In this document: in pieces, positions 18,827 through 28,061 of the stretch | Layout of the letters: each line of letters opens with the position of its first letter | Position numbering within the stretch: the stretch's first letter is position 1 | Source: an uncultured Bacteroides sp. | Lineage (GTDB): Bacteria; Bacteroidota; Bacteroidia; Bacteroidales; Bacteroidaceae | Reading direction: 5' to 3' | DNA length: 64,000 nt | NCBI GenBank assembly: GCA_900551445.1 | Contig: URWA01000001.1 | Span: 69,141 to 133,140 of the forward strand | The notes under the pieces: model-generated | The model's input: only the letters and a program-made list of their open reading frames with translations | The model's database searches: none | What the model was told of the DNA's origin: nothing | Made by a program: the position numbers and the translations under genes

Positions 18827-18895
18827 GACCCCGTCCTGAACAACCGTTACGCAAGATAAAACTGGTAACGGTGGCTCAGGGCGGGGTTTATTTTT
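18827..18895. terminator. Probably bidirectional terminator between valS and the convergent ECF operon
   Basis: ACCCCGTCCTGA..ACCGTTAC...GTAACGGT..TCAGGGCGGGGT plus T-rich tail. Confidence 0.75.
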
Positions 18896-18908
18896 ATATT
18901 AGATTAGC

Positions 18909-19796
18909 TCAGAACAAGATGATGCCTACAGACAACGCACTGAACTCAGGGCCGTAGGTAGAATCAAGCACCTTGCAAGGACTGTATTTCACGTAAAATC
19001 CTACGGTCTTATAACCGACGGCTGCCTGAAGGTCAACGGTCACCGGAGTCTGATGGATATTGCTGTCGGTCAGTTTATATTCCTTTCCGTCCAGCTTATA
19101 GCGCGTTTTCAGGCTGGCATGCGTGTTGAAGTTGACAATGGCTCCCAGACTGAAATTGAAATTATGCTTTGTTTTATGAGTCAGCATCACCGGAACAGCC
19201 CAGCTGAACACTTTGATACGCGAGAACTGAATATCGGCCTCTTGGGGATAGGGTCCCACAATCATGTCTCTACCCGCCTCTTTTATAAAACGCTGCTTAC
19301 CGGTCATCCGGTAATTACGCCAGCTGCAGGCCACTCCAATGGAAAAAGAAGTCTCCGTAGCCCACGGATAATACTCCCATCCTACTGTAGGAGTGGTAAT
19401 CTCCCACGACGACCCCATGCTGACATCCATGTTCTCGGGAGCGCCCTGTACGCAGGAAAGTCCTATCTTCAGGTTTTTAACCACCAGCTGGTTCTGATGA
19501 TGCCTTCGTTCCGGCGTCCGCTTCCTGAACGGAATCTGGAAATCCCAGTTGCCGCTGCGTTCCTTTGTCACCGACACGTCTGAGGAAGACATCTCCACCT
19601 CACGGACATAACGGAAATTCGGATTATCTTCCTTCCCCTCTACTTCTACCGTGAAACGACTGCCCGATTCGGTAATCTTCACCTGCTCAGGTTTCTGTAT
19701 ACACATCACATTTTCCACCTTCAGCGAATCTCCACCCTCGGCATATCCGCCCACTGCGGTCAGCAAAGTGACCACCAGCAAAATCATTTTTTTCAT
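18909..19796 (-). CDS. Outer-membrane beta-barrel (porin-family) protein
   Basis: Signal peptide, alternating beta-strand pattern, C-terminal ...LSVGIILF. Confidence 0.7.
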   Translation of the reverse strand: MKKMILLVVTLLTAVGGYAEGGDSLKVENVMCIQKPEQVKITESGSRFTVEVEGKEDNPNFRYVREVEMSSSDVSVTKERSGNWDFQIPFRKRTPERRHHQNQLVVKNLKIGLSCVQGAPENMDVSMGSSWEITTPTVGWEYYPWATETSFSIGVACSWRNYRMTGKQRFIKEAGRDMIVGPYPQEADIQFSRIKVFSWAVPVMLTHKTKHNFNFSLGAIVNFNTHASLKTRYKLDGKEYKLTDSNIHQTPVTVDLQAAVGYKTVGFYVKYSPCKVLDSTYGPEFSALSVGIILF

Positions 19797-19825
19797 GTCT
19801 CTTATCGTATTTTGTTTATTTTCTC

Positions 19826-20275
19826 TTACTTGAACATCCGTTTCAACTCTTCCAGTGTGATTTTTCCTTCCATATACACCACGGTCACTTCCATCTTCTT
19901 ATTGCTGCCAGGAGCTACCGCAGCATTCCGATAAAACAGATAGCGGTAATTATCGTCCTGTGCTGGAAAGCAGTAGAAACCGTAGTACAGTCTATTCCCG
20001 ACCTTGCCCACTTCCTTGTCGACTGCGGTTCGGGCATCCAGCCCTACCAGTGCCTCTATCTCTTCCGCCACAGCCGGCTCATCGGTTATCGTCAGGCTGC
20101 GGAAAAGTGTAAGATGATATTTTTTCAATTCCCTTCCTTTGATAAGGACCTCCACGGCCTGTTTATCGTGCTTGAAGCGGCTCCCAAACAGGTCTTCCAC
20201 ATGCATCCCCTTCTGTGCACACACGGGCAGCACAGCCAGCAGACACATCCATAACATAATCCATCGTCTTATCAT
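19826..20275 (-). CDS. Exported hypothetical protein of the ECF operon
   Basis: Signal peptide ending VCA/Q; C-terminal VVYMEGKITLEELKRMFK; co-oriented within the operon. Confidence 0.7.
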   Translation of the reverse strand: MIRRWIMLWMCLLAVLPVCAQKGMHVEDLFGSRFKHDKQAVEVLIKGRELKKYHLTLFRSLTITDEPAVAEEIEALVGLDARTAVDKEVGKVGNRLYYGFYCFPAQDDNYRYLFYRNAAVAPGSNKKMEVTVVYMEGKITLEELKRMFK

Positions 20276-20298
20276 ATCGTCTTCTTCTATTATTCTAT

Positions 20299-20769
20299 TT
20301 ATTTCTTGTCAACTGATTCCGTTCCACCTTCCTCCAGTGTCTGGAATATATCCGACAACTGACTCTGGACTGTTTCTTCGGAGGAGCGGTGACTCACCTT
20401 TTCGATTGATTTCAGCGCTTCGGAAAGCACCACTTCCTTGTCGGTACAGCGCTGCCCGTTGATGTAAGCCACACATACATTTGCACTTTCCGTCAGCTGC
20501 CAGGCAGTGGTCAGTACGATGAGACCTGCCACTGCTGCTGCCGCATAATACCGCAACCGCATGCCTCGTGTGCGCCGTCTGCCATATAGGACACGTCCGA
20601 TAGCGGCATACCCCATCACAGCACGAAGTTCATCGAATTCCTTGCCTTGCGCGGCAGGAGTAGCCAGAAAGCGCACCAGCGCTTCCTCCTCGGCCTCAGT
20701 TGTTTCAGCCTCAAAATAACGTTTGGCCAGCTCTTTCCATTGTGGGATAGTACGTTCGTATTTTTTCAT
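20299..20769 (-). CDS. Putative single-TM anti-sigma factor
   Basis: AKRYFEAETTEAEEEAL N-terminal motif, one TM, VAYINGQRCTD; ATGA overlap with the sigma stop codon. Confidence 0.75.
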   Translation of the reverse strand: MKKYERTIPQWKELAKRYFEAETTEAEEEALVRFLATPAAQGKEFDELRAVMGYAAIGRVLYGRRRTRGMRLRYYAAAAVAGLIVLTTAWQLTESANVCVAYINGQRCTDKEVVLSEALKSIEKVSHRSSEETVQSQLSDIFQTLEEGGTESVDKK

Positions 20770-21272
20770 CGTTCCATCTGTTTTAAATAACATTCTCTGA
20801 TTTCCTTTCTCGCCCTCGACAGTTGCATACGTACTGCCGGTTCTTGCATACCCAGTATATCGGCTATTTCATTGTATTTTCTCCCTTCATACTCTTTCAT
20901 CCGCAAAATCTGTTGCTGAAGTGGTGTCAGCCTCTGTACAATGATACGTTCTACCGCACGGAAACGTTCTTCTTTCTCCAGAATCTCGTCAGCCGAATCA
21001 GTAACAGATTCGTCCCGGTGTTCGTCCAGTTCCACCGTAGGCAGATGCTCCTTCTTACGCAGGACATCAATGCACAGGTTCTTCACCGTAGCAACCGTAA
21101 GAGCTTCTGCCTCTTCGCGCGAGTCAATCCGGTCTGCATGTTTCCACAAGCGGAAGAAAGCCTCCTGCAATGCGTCATCGGCATCCTCTCTATTGGGAAG
21201 AAAACGCATTGCCAACCTGAGAAAATTCTTTCTCAAATCAGTGAAGGTCGATGTCAGTGTCTCTTTGCTCAT
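20766..21272 (-). CDS. ECF-family RNA polymerase sigma factor (start MSKETL at 21272)
   Basis: DADDALQEAFFRLW, KNLCIDVLRK, EGRKYNEIADILGM...VRMQLSRARK. Confidence 0.93.
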   Translation of the reverse strand: MSKETLTSTFTDLRKNFLRLAMRFLPNREDADDALQEAFFRLWKHADRIDSREEAEALTVATVKNLCIDVLRKKEHLPTVELDEHRDESVTDSADEILEKEERFRAVERIIVQRLTPLQQQILRMKEYEGRKYNEIADILGMQEPAVRMQLSRARKEIRECYLKQMER

Positions 21273-21312
21273 GCTTCTTAAATCGGTTGTACAAGTTGTT
21301 TTCAAAAAGGTA

Positions 21313-21338
21313 AACGTAAAGCTATACCTTTTGTAACA
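21313..21338 (-). promoter_or_regulatory. Candidate ECF-dependent autoregulatory promoter TGTTAC-N16-CGTT
   Basis: Minus strand TGTTAC AAAAGGTATAGCTTTA CGTT, 40 nt upstream of the sigma start. Confidence 0.5.
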
Positions 21339-21514
21339 AAAGAAACACAAAATCTTATCTTTTATTTTCAGAACAAGTGAAACCTGACACATCCACCATC
21401 GGGGCATATCCCTCATCAGACTGCCATTTTCAATCCCCCATAGAATAAAAACGCAATTCTGTCAGTCGATACTGACAGACAAAAATGACAATTTGTCGGT
21501 ATCATCTGCCTTGG

Positions 21515-21528
21515 TTGATTTACATCAA
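21515..21528. promoter_or_regulatory. Perfect FNR-type palindrome TTGAT-TTAC-ATCAA (micro-gene locus B)
   Basis: Exact TTGAT-N4-ATCAA; 20 of 21 nt identical to 6311-6331. Confidence 0.65.
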
Positions 21529-21552
21529 TAAAACAGGAGAAAAATAAAATTA

Positions 21553-21568
21553 TATGCTATAAAACATA
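21553..21568. promoter_or_regulatory. Cur (BT4338)-type box TATGCTATAAAACATA (locus B)
   Basis: One mismatch to TATGTTnTAnAACATA; starts 38 bp after the FNR-type box, exactly as at locus A. Confidence 0.7.
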
Positions 21569-21587
21569 TTTTTCAAAAAAAAGGCAT

Positions 21588-21595
21588 TACCTTTG
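21588..21595 (+). promoter_or_regulatory. -7 element TACCTTTG (locus B)
   Basis: TAnnTTTG followed by CAGTGTAAT. Confidence 0.75.
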
Positions 21596-21775
21596 CAGTG
21601 TAATAAAACGAACGAAGGAACCCGAAAGGGTACCGGAGGGAAAGGATAAAAAGATTAAGGATAACAAAAACAAACAATAAAGCTTCGAAAGGTCCTCTGC
21701 GAAGAGCGCCTGGAAAAACTAAACTAGAATTATTATATAGGTACTAACTTAAAAGCAAATGAAAGGATAACAGTT

Positions 21776-21871
21776 ATGAAAAAGGTAACAAAGATTCTAA
21801 ACAAAATTGCAAATGCAGATCCGATGATCTGGGGGTACGTCATGTTGAGTGAAAACACTCACACGAAGTAA
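21776..21871 (+). CDS. Unannotated 31-aa peptide MKKVTKILNKIANADPMIWGYVMLSENTHTK (paralog B)
   Basis: Ungapped match to paralog A; upstream GAAAGGATAACA; own promoter and terminator. Confidence 0.85.
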   Translation: MKKVTKILNKIANADPMIWGYVMLSENTHTK

Positions 21872-21930
21872 CCCGCTGCCGATGACCGGTGGATTTTAAG
21901 TATGACTTGAAACAAAACAGACTCATATAG

Positions 21931-21987
21931 AAAGTCCGGAAATCAGCTTTCTGAATTATCAGAAAGGTTGGTTTCCGGACTTTTTTT
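21931..21987. terminator. Terminator of locus B, probably also serving the convergent MBL gene
   Basis: AAAGTCCGGAAATCAGCTTTCTGA-ATTA-TCAGAAAGGTTGGTTTCCGGACTTTTTTT. Confidence 0.85.
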
Positions 21988-22018
21988 GTCTTAACTTTTA
22001 TCGCCTGTCAGGATTTCA

Positions 22019-23017
22019 TCAACGAAGAGGCTGCAACTTCACGATTTCTCCCAATTCAGGAATGATGACAGGCATCCCTCGTTTCTTGGCTTCTGCCGCA
22101 AACACATGAGGCGGATCGAACAGCGGTTCATCTGAAAGGTCGAACGTGCCATAATGCATGGGAATCGTGACCCTCGCATGCATATCTGCCGAAGCCGTCA
22201 AGGCATCATACGGGGAGATATGGTTCGGTTTCATAAACCAGCGAGGCTTATAAGCCCCTATACCAATCATGCAATAATCAATATGTGGAAAGAACCGGGC
22301 TATCTCCTCAAAATGACGGGCATATCCGGTATCCCCGCTATTATAGATAGTAATGCCACCTCCCTGAATCATAAAAGAGCCCCACAGGCGCTCTCCCCCA
22401 TCGCTCACTCCTCGCTTACTCCAATGCTGGGCGGGCAGAAAAGTAAGGCACAGGTCTCCATCAGTGTACTGTTCATACCAAGCAGCCTCTATCACCTCCA
22501 AATTCGGGAACCAGCCTTTTATGAGTGCTCCCGTGTTCAGCCCACAAAATAATTTGATTTGAGGATTATCGGCCACCAGACGGGCTACACTAGGCTTGTC
22601 CAAATGGTCGAAATGATCATGACTGATCAACAGGTAATCAATCTTACGAAAAATAGAAGGATCGGCCGGGAACTGACTGCGACGTTTGACAAACGGAATA
22701 TTCCCATATACTGGGTCAATCATCAAGCGTTTGCCACCCAACTGCAGAAAGAAAGAGTTATGCCCCAACCAGATCAAGGAATTTCCCACCACTTTCTCCA
22801 AAGATGTAAGATAATGGACTTTCGGATTCCATTTAATGGTCCGTTTTTCCTTCCGCTGGGGATTGGGAGAAAAACGCCACTTCAATACACTCCCCATACC
22901 AGGTTTCCAACGGTGCTGACGATTGAAAAACTTCCCATTTACCGTAGGATTCCCTCTCCACTGGGGATGTATGCTCCGCAACCCCTCGTTGCGGCGGAAT
23001 GTGATTCGCTCTCCCAT
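22019..23017 (-). CDS. MBL-fold metallo-hydrolase (RomA/NAPE-PLD-like)
   Basis: WLGHNSF, SHDHFDHLD, PAQHWSKR, SGDTGY, IGAYKPRWFM, PMHYGTF. Confidence 0.9.
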   Translation of the reverse strand: MGERITFRRNEGLRSIHPQWRGNPTVNGKFFNRQHRWKPGMGSVLKWRFSPNPQRKEKRTIKWNPKVHYLTSLEKVVGNSLIWLGHNSFFLQLGGKRLMIDPVYGNIPFVKRRSQFPADPSIFRKIDYLLISHDHFDHLDKPSVARLVADNPQIKLFCGLNTGALIKGWFPNLEVIEAAWYEQYTDGDLCLTFLPAQHWSKRGVSDGGERLWGSFMIQGGGITIYNSGDTGYARHFEEIARFFPHIDYCMIGIGAYKPRWFMKPNHISPYDALTASADMHARVTIPMHYGTFDLSDEPLFDPPHVFAAEAKKRGMPVIIPELGEIVKLQPLR

Positions 23018-23028
23018 TCTATCGGATT

Positions 23029-23478
23029 TTAACGCTCCAGCAAGTCTTTCAGGAAGGCATCGAGCTCTTCATCGAGTCCTTTCAACAACTCCCCACTCAA
23101 CAACATGGTATCTTCCTCGTCCACAATCAGCAGTTCTGCCACAGTCTCCTTTTCATCGTCTACCAGCACAAACGAATAAGGTTTCATCAGGCAGAGTTTA
23201 TCCAGTCGTCCCGTTTCTTTCAAGGCTTCTATCTCCTTGCGAAGAATCGGTTCTACTACGGTATAAAAGTCATCGCTTTCATAATCCACCCATTCACTGA
23301 TAATCGTACGCGACAATTCATGCTCATCATCATCGTAAATGACCAATTCCCCACTGTCTGAATTCGGTTGCAGATGAATGTCTGTTACAACAGATTCTTC
23401 TCCACCCGTGACATATCGGCAAAGGGCTTCCTGCAACGCAGCAGCAATTGCAGCACGTGACTGTTCACTCAATTCCAT
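23029..23478 (-). CDS. Acidic hypothetical protein
   Basis: 149-aa ORF tightly packed upstream of the MBL gene; very Asp/Glu-rich. Confidence 0.75.
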   Translation of the reverse strand: MELSEQSRAAIAAALQEALCRYVTGGEESVVTDIHLQPNSDSGELVIYDDDEHELSRTIISEWVDYESDDFYTVVEPILRKEIEALKETGRLDKLCLMKPYSFVLVDDEKETVAELLIVDEEDTMLLSGELLKGLDEELDAFLKDLLER

Positions 23479-23535
23479 AGGCTATATTTTTATATGTACT
23501 CAAATGTACAAAAAAAATGAATCAGACAAGAAATA

Positions 23536-24522
23536 TTAGTTGAAATTGTTGCCAAAACGCTGCATTTGCAGGTTTAATTTCAGAAAATCTTTCGTGCGTT
23601 CCTGCAAAATGGTGGCATAGAAGGTGGCAGCATGCTCTTCCTCAGAACCTGGAGAAGCGCTTTTCCGAGCCTTTTCAATCCAAGCGTTGGCCTCATCCAT
23701 CTGTCCTTGTACCTCACATGCCAAAGCCATATTAAAAGCAGCACGCGATTTCAGTTTTCCCTTCTTTACTGAATCATACAGATTCTTCCAAATCCGGCCC
23801 GCTTCCTGCCAGTCGCCCTCCCGCAAGGACACCGCTGCGTCGCGCATGTCCGGATTTCCTCCGTCGAAATAAATCCGGTCAGCATTCATCCAATGAGGTA
23901 CCAGCTGATTGACCAGCATATAAGCCGCATGATTCGATCCCTCCTTCACCACATCATGATCGGATAAAGTAGGCGAAAAATCCCATAACAGGCTATCCAC
24001 TTTGGCAATCGTCATCACCGGCATCAGACGCGAAGGTACGTACGCACGTATTACAGGACGGATTTTCAAATCAAAAGCAGCCAACGGAACAAATCCCGGA
24101 TAGTAGATTTCTTTCTTGGCTGTCAGCAGTTGTATCTGGTCTACCGAAAGAATCATATCTGCCCCTAACACTTGGCTCAAACTGTCTACCACCGCCTGAG
24201 GAATCAATTCCCCTCCGGTTCTTTCCTGTGTAAGCACAGAATCCGAAATAATCACCTGATTAAAATACCGGCTATCAGCCAATCCTCCTGCCAAGGATTC
24301 TGCCAACACTTTTCCATCTCCTTCCAGCTTTCCCAGAGTGAGCAAAGTCTTTTTAGGAGAAGGAATGGAAGGAGCATGATTCACGACTGCTATGGTACGT
24401 ACCTGTTCCGGGAAAGTGACCTCAGCCGGATGAAGCTGATCAAAAGTAAACGTCTGCAGGCCTCCACACGAAACCAGCATCGTTGCCGCCAGAATAATTC
24501 CGGCCCACATATATTTCTTCAT
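23536..24522 (-). CDS. Lipoprotein with C-terminal TPR-like helices (start MKKYMW at 24522)
   Basis: Lipobox LVSC; RAAFNMALACEVQGQMDEANAW; -7 element TACTTTTG at 24549-24556 on the minus strand. Confidence 0.8.
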   Translation of the reverse strand: MKKYMWAGIILAATMLVSCGGLQTFTFDQLHPAEVTFPEQVRTIAVVNHAPSIPSPKKTLLTLGKLEGDGKVLAESLAGGLADSRYFNQVIISDSVLTQERTGGELIPQAVVDSLSQVLGADMILSVDQIQLLTAKKEIYYPGFVPLAAFDLKIRPVIRAYVPSRLMPVMTIAKVDSLLWDFSPTLSDHDVVKEGSNHAAYMLVNQLVPHWMNADRIYFDGGNPDMRDAAVSLREGDWQEAGRIWKNLYDSVKKGKLKSRAAFNMALACEVQGQMDEANAWIEKARKSASPGSEEEHAATFYATILQERTKDFLKLNLQMQRFGNNFN

Positions 24523-24562
24523 AATCTGTGACCTTTTTTGTTTGGAAACAAAAGTAATAAAT

Positions 24563-24642
24563 AAAAAAGACACGGATTCCATCGTTTTCACAGATTATTC
24601 TAAATTAAGAAATAAAAATCTGAAAACGACGGAATCCGTGCC
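24563..24642 (-). terminator. Terminator of secA
   Basis: CACGGATTCCATCGTTTTCA...TGAAAACGACGGAATCCGTG with a U-tract on the minus strand. Confidence 0.75.
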
Positions 24643-24667
24643 TATCTGAATGAATTCAAATGCTCAA

Positions 24668-27600
24668 TCAAGCATTCTTTCCATGGCAATTCTTATATTT
24701 CAGGCCACTACCGCAAGGACATGGATCATTTCGTCCTACCGTTTTTTCGGCCCGATAGGGTTCCTGCTTCTGTTCGCGTGTATCCCGACCAGCCGCCTCG
24801 CTCTGAGCCGGATCGTTCAAATCCTGCTTTTCTTCACGATACTGCTGACGAGGAGCCTGAGGTTCAGGAGCAGCCTCGCGCACTTGTTCTGGTTCCTGTA
24901 CCGGAATCTGTCCGCGCATCAATACAGAGATGGTATTGTTGTTAATCTTGTTGACCATGTTATCGAACAGGTTGACAGACTCAAGTTTGAAAATCAACAG
25001 CGGGTCTTTCTGTTCGTAGCTTGCATTCTGTACGGAATGTTTCAATTCATCCAGTTCACGCAAATTTTCTTTCCAAGCATCATCAATGGTATGCAACAGG
25101 ATGGCCTTTTCAAAAGCCTTCACAATTTCCTTGGATTCGCTCTCGTAGGCAGCCTTCAGGTTCACGGAAATGTTATACATCCGCTTGCCGTCGGTAATCG
25201 GAATCATGATGTTTTCATACATGTGACCCTGTGCCTCATATACCTGCTTGATAACCGGATTGGCAATCTGAGCCATACGTTCTGTCTTACGCTTGAAGAG
25301 TGCCATGGCATTCTGGAAGGTCTCTTCTGCCAGATCGTCTTTCTTCTTAGAACGGAAATCTTCTTCCGTAAACGGAGTTTCCATAGCCAATACCTGCAGA
25401 ATCTCCATCTTGGCATCTTCATAAGTAGGCTGCTGTACGGCATTGTAGCAACGGTCCCAAATCATATCTACAATATCCATTCCGATACGTTCTCCCATCA
25501 GCGCATGACGACGTTTCGTATAAACAACTGTTCGCTGCTTGTTCATCACGTCATCATATTCCAGCAAACGCTTACGGATACCGAAGTTATTTTCTTCCAC
25601 CTTCTTCTGGGCACGCTCGATAGAATTGGAAATCATCTTGTGCTCAATCATTTCTCCTTCCTTGAAGCCCAACTTATCCATTACTTTCGCAATACGGTCG
25701 GATGAGAACAAACGCATCAGGTCATCTTCCAGTGAAACAAAGAATACAGAAGATCCCGGGTCACCCTGACGTCCGGCACGACCACGCAACTGACGGTCTA
25801 CACGACGAGATTCGTGACGTTCCGTACCGATGATGGCCAGACCACCTGCGGCTTTCACTTCCGGACTCAACTTGATATCGGTACCACGACCGGCCATATT
25901 GGTCGCAATGGTTACCGTAGAGCTCTGACCGGCCTTAGCTACAATTTCCGCTTCCTTCTGGTGCAGTTTCGCATTCAACACATTGTGCGGAATCTTGCGC
26001 ATGGTCAGCATCTTACTCAACATTTCAGAAATTTCTACAGAAGTCGTACCGACCAATACCGGACGACCTGCCTGCACCATCTTCTCAATTTCCTCGATAA
26101 CGGCTTTATATTTCTCACGTTTGGTTTTATAAACGCGGTCGTTCATATCGATACGGGCAATCGGACGGTTTGTCGGAATGACAACCACATCCAGTTTATA
26201 GATATCCCAGAATTCACCCGCTTCAGTTTCAGCCGTACCGGTCATACCCGACAACTTATGGTACATACGGAAGTAGTTCTGCAAGGTAATAGTCGCAAAT
26301 GTCTGCGTAGCGGCTTCCACCTTCACTCCTTCCTTCGCTTCTACCGCCTGATGCAGACCGTCACTCCAACGACGACCTTCCATGATACGTCCGGTCTGTT
26401 CATCGACAATCTTCACCTGACCGTCCATTACCACATAATCGGTATCTTTTTCGAACATCGTGTATGCCTTCAGCAACTGATTGATGGTATGCACACGTTC
26501 TGCCTTGATGGCATAATTGGTCATCAGTTCATCTTTCTTAGCCAGTCTTTCTTCGTCGGAAAGTCCTTTCTGGTTTTCCAGTTCAGACAACTGAGCAGCA
26601 ATATCCGGAAGGACGAACAGGGTCGGGTCTTGTGAGTTACCCGTAATCAGGTCTACACCCTTATCCGTCAAATCTACACTCTTCAGTTTTTCATCAATTA
26701 CGAAGTACAACGGTTCTACCGCTTCCGGCATACGCTTGTTATTCTGCTCCATGTAGATTTCTTCCGTCTTCAGCATACCAGCCTTGATACCCGGTTCACT
26801 CAGGAACTTAATCAACGGCTTGTTTTTCGGTAATGCCTTATGGCTACGGAACAAAGCCAAGAATCCGGCTTCCTGATCTTCCTTCTTATCGGAAGCAATC
26901 AAGCGCTTTGCATCGGCCAAATATTGAGTAGCCAACTTACGCTGTGCTTCAACCAGACGTTCTACCAACGGACGAAGCACTTCGAACAACTGCTGGTCGC
27001 CCTTGGGTACCGGACCTGAAATAATCAACGGAGTACGGGCATCATCAATTAACACAGAGTCGACCTCATCGACAATGGCATAATTATGTTTACGCTGCAC
27101 CAAATCTCTTGGAGAAACCGCCATGTTATCACGCAGATAATCGAAACCAAACTCATTGTTGGTACCAAAAGTGATATCGGCCATATAGGCACGACGACGA
27201 GCTTCAGAGTTAGGCTGATGCTTATCAATACAGTCTACGCTCAGTCCATGGAACATATACAACGGGCCCATCCACTCAGAGTCACGTTTGGCCAGGTAAT
27301 CGTTGACCGTAACCACATGTACACCATTACCCGTCAATGCGTTCAAGAATACCGGAAGAGTTGCTACCAAAGTTTTACCTTCACCTGTAGCCATTTCCGC
27401 AATCTTACCCTGATGCAAAACCACACCACCAAACAGCTGCACGTCGTAATGAATCATGTTCCAGGTCATTTCATTACCACCCGCTTTCCAGTGATTTTTC
27501 CAAATCGCTTTATCACCTTCAATACGGACGAAATCACGTCCCTGAGCTGCCAGTTCTCGGTCGAAATCTGTTGCGGTCACTTCCAGTTCTTCATTCTCAG

Positions 27601-27964
27601 CCAAACGGCGGGCCGTATCTTTTACAATCGCAAAAGCTGTAGGAAGTACTTCATTCAATGCTTTTTCATATTTTTCCAAGACTTCCTTCTCCAATTTATC
27701 AATCTGAGAGAAGATAGCTTCACGCTTTTCCAATTCAGTAGATTCAATAGTGGCCTTCAGCTCCTCTATTTTCTTATTTTCCTCTACAGCAGAATCCTTG
27801 ATATATTTCTTCAGTTCTTCTGTTTTTGCACGAAGTTCATCATTCGTCAGCTTGGAGATTTCCGGATAAACGGCCTTTACTTTTTCCACCCATGGCTGGA
27901 TTTCTTTCATGTCACGAGTTGCCTTATTCCCGAACAGCTTGCTTATAAATTCATTAAATCCCAT
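24668..27964 (-). CDS. secA: Preprotein translocase subunit SecA
   Basis: [38 protein letters not shown]-terminal [19 protein letters not shown]. Confidence 0.99.
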   Translation of the reverse strand: MGFNEFISKLFGNKATRDMKEIQPWVEKVKAVYPEISKLTNDELRAKTEELKKYIKDSAVEENKKIEELKATIESTELEKREAIFSQIDKLEKEVLEKYEKALNEVLPTAFAIVKDTARRLAENEELEVTATDFDRELAAQGRDFVRIEGDKAIWKNHWKAGGNEMTWNMIHYDVQLFGGVVLHQGKIAEMATGEGKTLVATLPVFLNALTGNGVHVVTVNDYLAKRDSEWMGPLYMFHGLSVDCIDKHQPNSEARRRAYMADITFGTNNEFGFDYLRDNMAVSPRDLVQRKHNYAIVDEVDSVLIDDARTPLIISGPVPKGDQQLFEVLRPLVERLVEAQRKLATQYLADAKRLIASDKKEDQEAGFLALFRSHKALPKNKPLIKFLSEPGIKAGMLKTEEIYMEQNNKRMPEAVEPLYFVIDEKLKSVDLTDKGVDLITGNSQDPTLFVLPDIAAQLSELENQKGLSDEERLAKKDELMTNYAIKAERVHTINQLLKAYTMFEKDTDYVVMDGQVKIVDEQTGRIMEGRRWSDGLHQAVEAKEGVKVEAATQTFATITLQNYFRMYHKLSGMTGTAETEAGEFWDIYKLDVVVIPTNRPIARIDMNDRVYKTKREKYKAVIEEIEKMVQAGRPVLVGTTSVEISEMLSKMLTMRKIPHNVLNAKLHQKEAEIVAKAGQSSTVTIATNMAGRGTDIKLSPEVKAAGGLAIIGTERHESRRVDRQLRGRAGRQGDPGSSVFFVSLEDDLMRLFSSDRIAKVMDKLGFKEGEMIEHKMISNSIERAQKKVEENNFGIRKRLLEYDDVMNKQRTVVYTKRRHALMGERIGMDIVDMIWDRCYNAVQQPTYEDAKMEILQVLAMETPFTEEDFRSKKKDDLAEETFQNAMALFKRKTERMAQIANPVIKQVYEAQGHMYENIMIPITDGKRMYNISVNLKAAYESESKEIVKAFEKAILLHTIDDAWKENLRELDELKHSVQNASYEQKDPLLIFKLESVNLFDNMVNKINNNTISVLMRGQIPVQEPEQVREAAPEPQAPRQQYREEKQDLNDPAQSEAAGRDTREQKQEPYRAEKTVGRNDPCPCGSGLKYKNCHGKNA

Positions 27965-28061
27965 TATATATTTCTTTTTTATTATTTGCTAATTAATTAT
28001 TTTATCTCATCGCTGCAAAGATAACCAAATTGTAAATTATCTTTCCGCTCTATTACAAAAT

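Noticed and set aside
21273..21416. N-terminal extensions given by the ORF track (sigma, anti-sigma, lnb, coaX, TPR lipoprotein, ATP-grasp protein)
   Set aside because: They overlap promoters or terminators, or precede the signal peptide; downstream starts fit better.
22019..23017. MBL-fold gene as an antibiotic-resistance beta-lactamase
   Set aside because: HxHxDH plus PAQHWS and PMHYGTF motifs and no signal peptide fit the RomA/NAPE-PLD-like group, not class B beta-lactamases.
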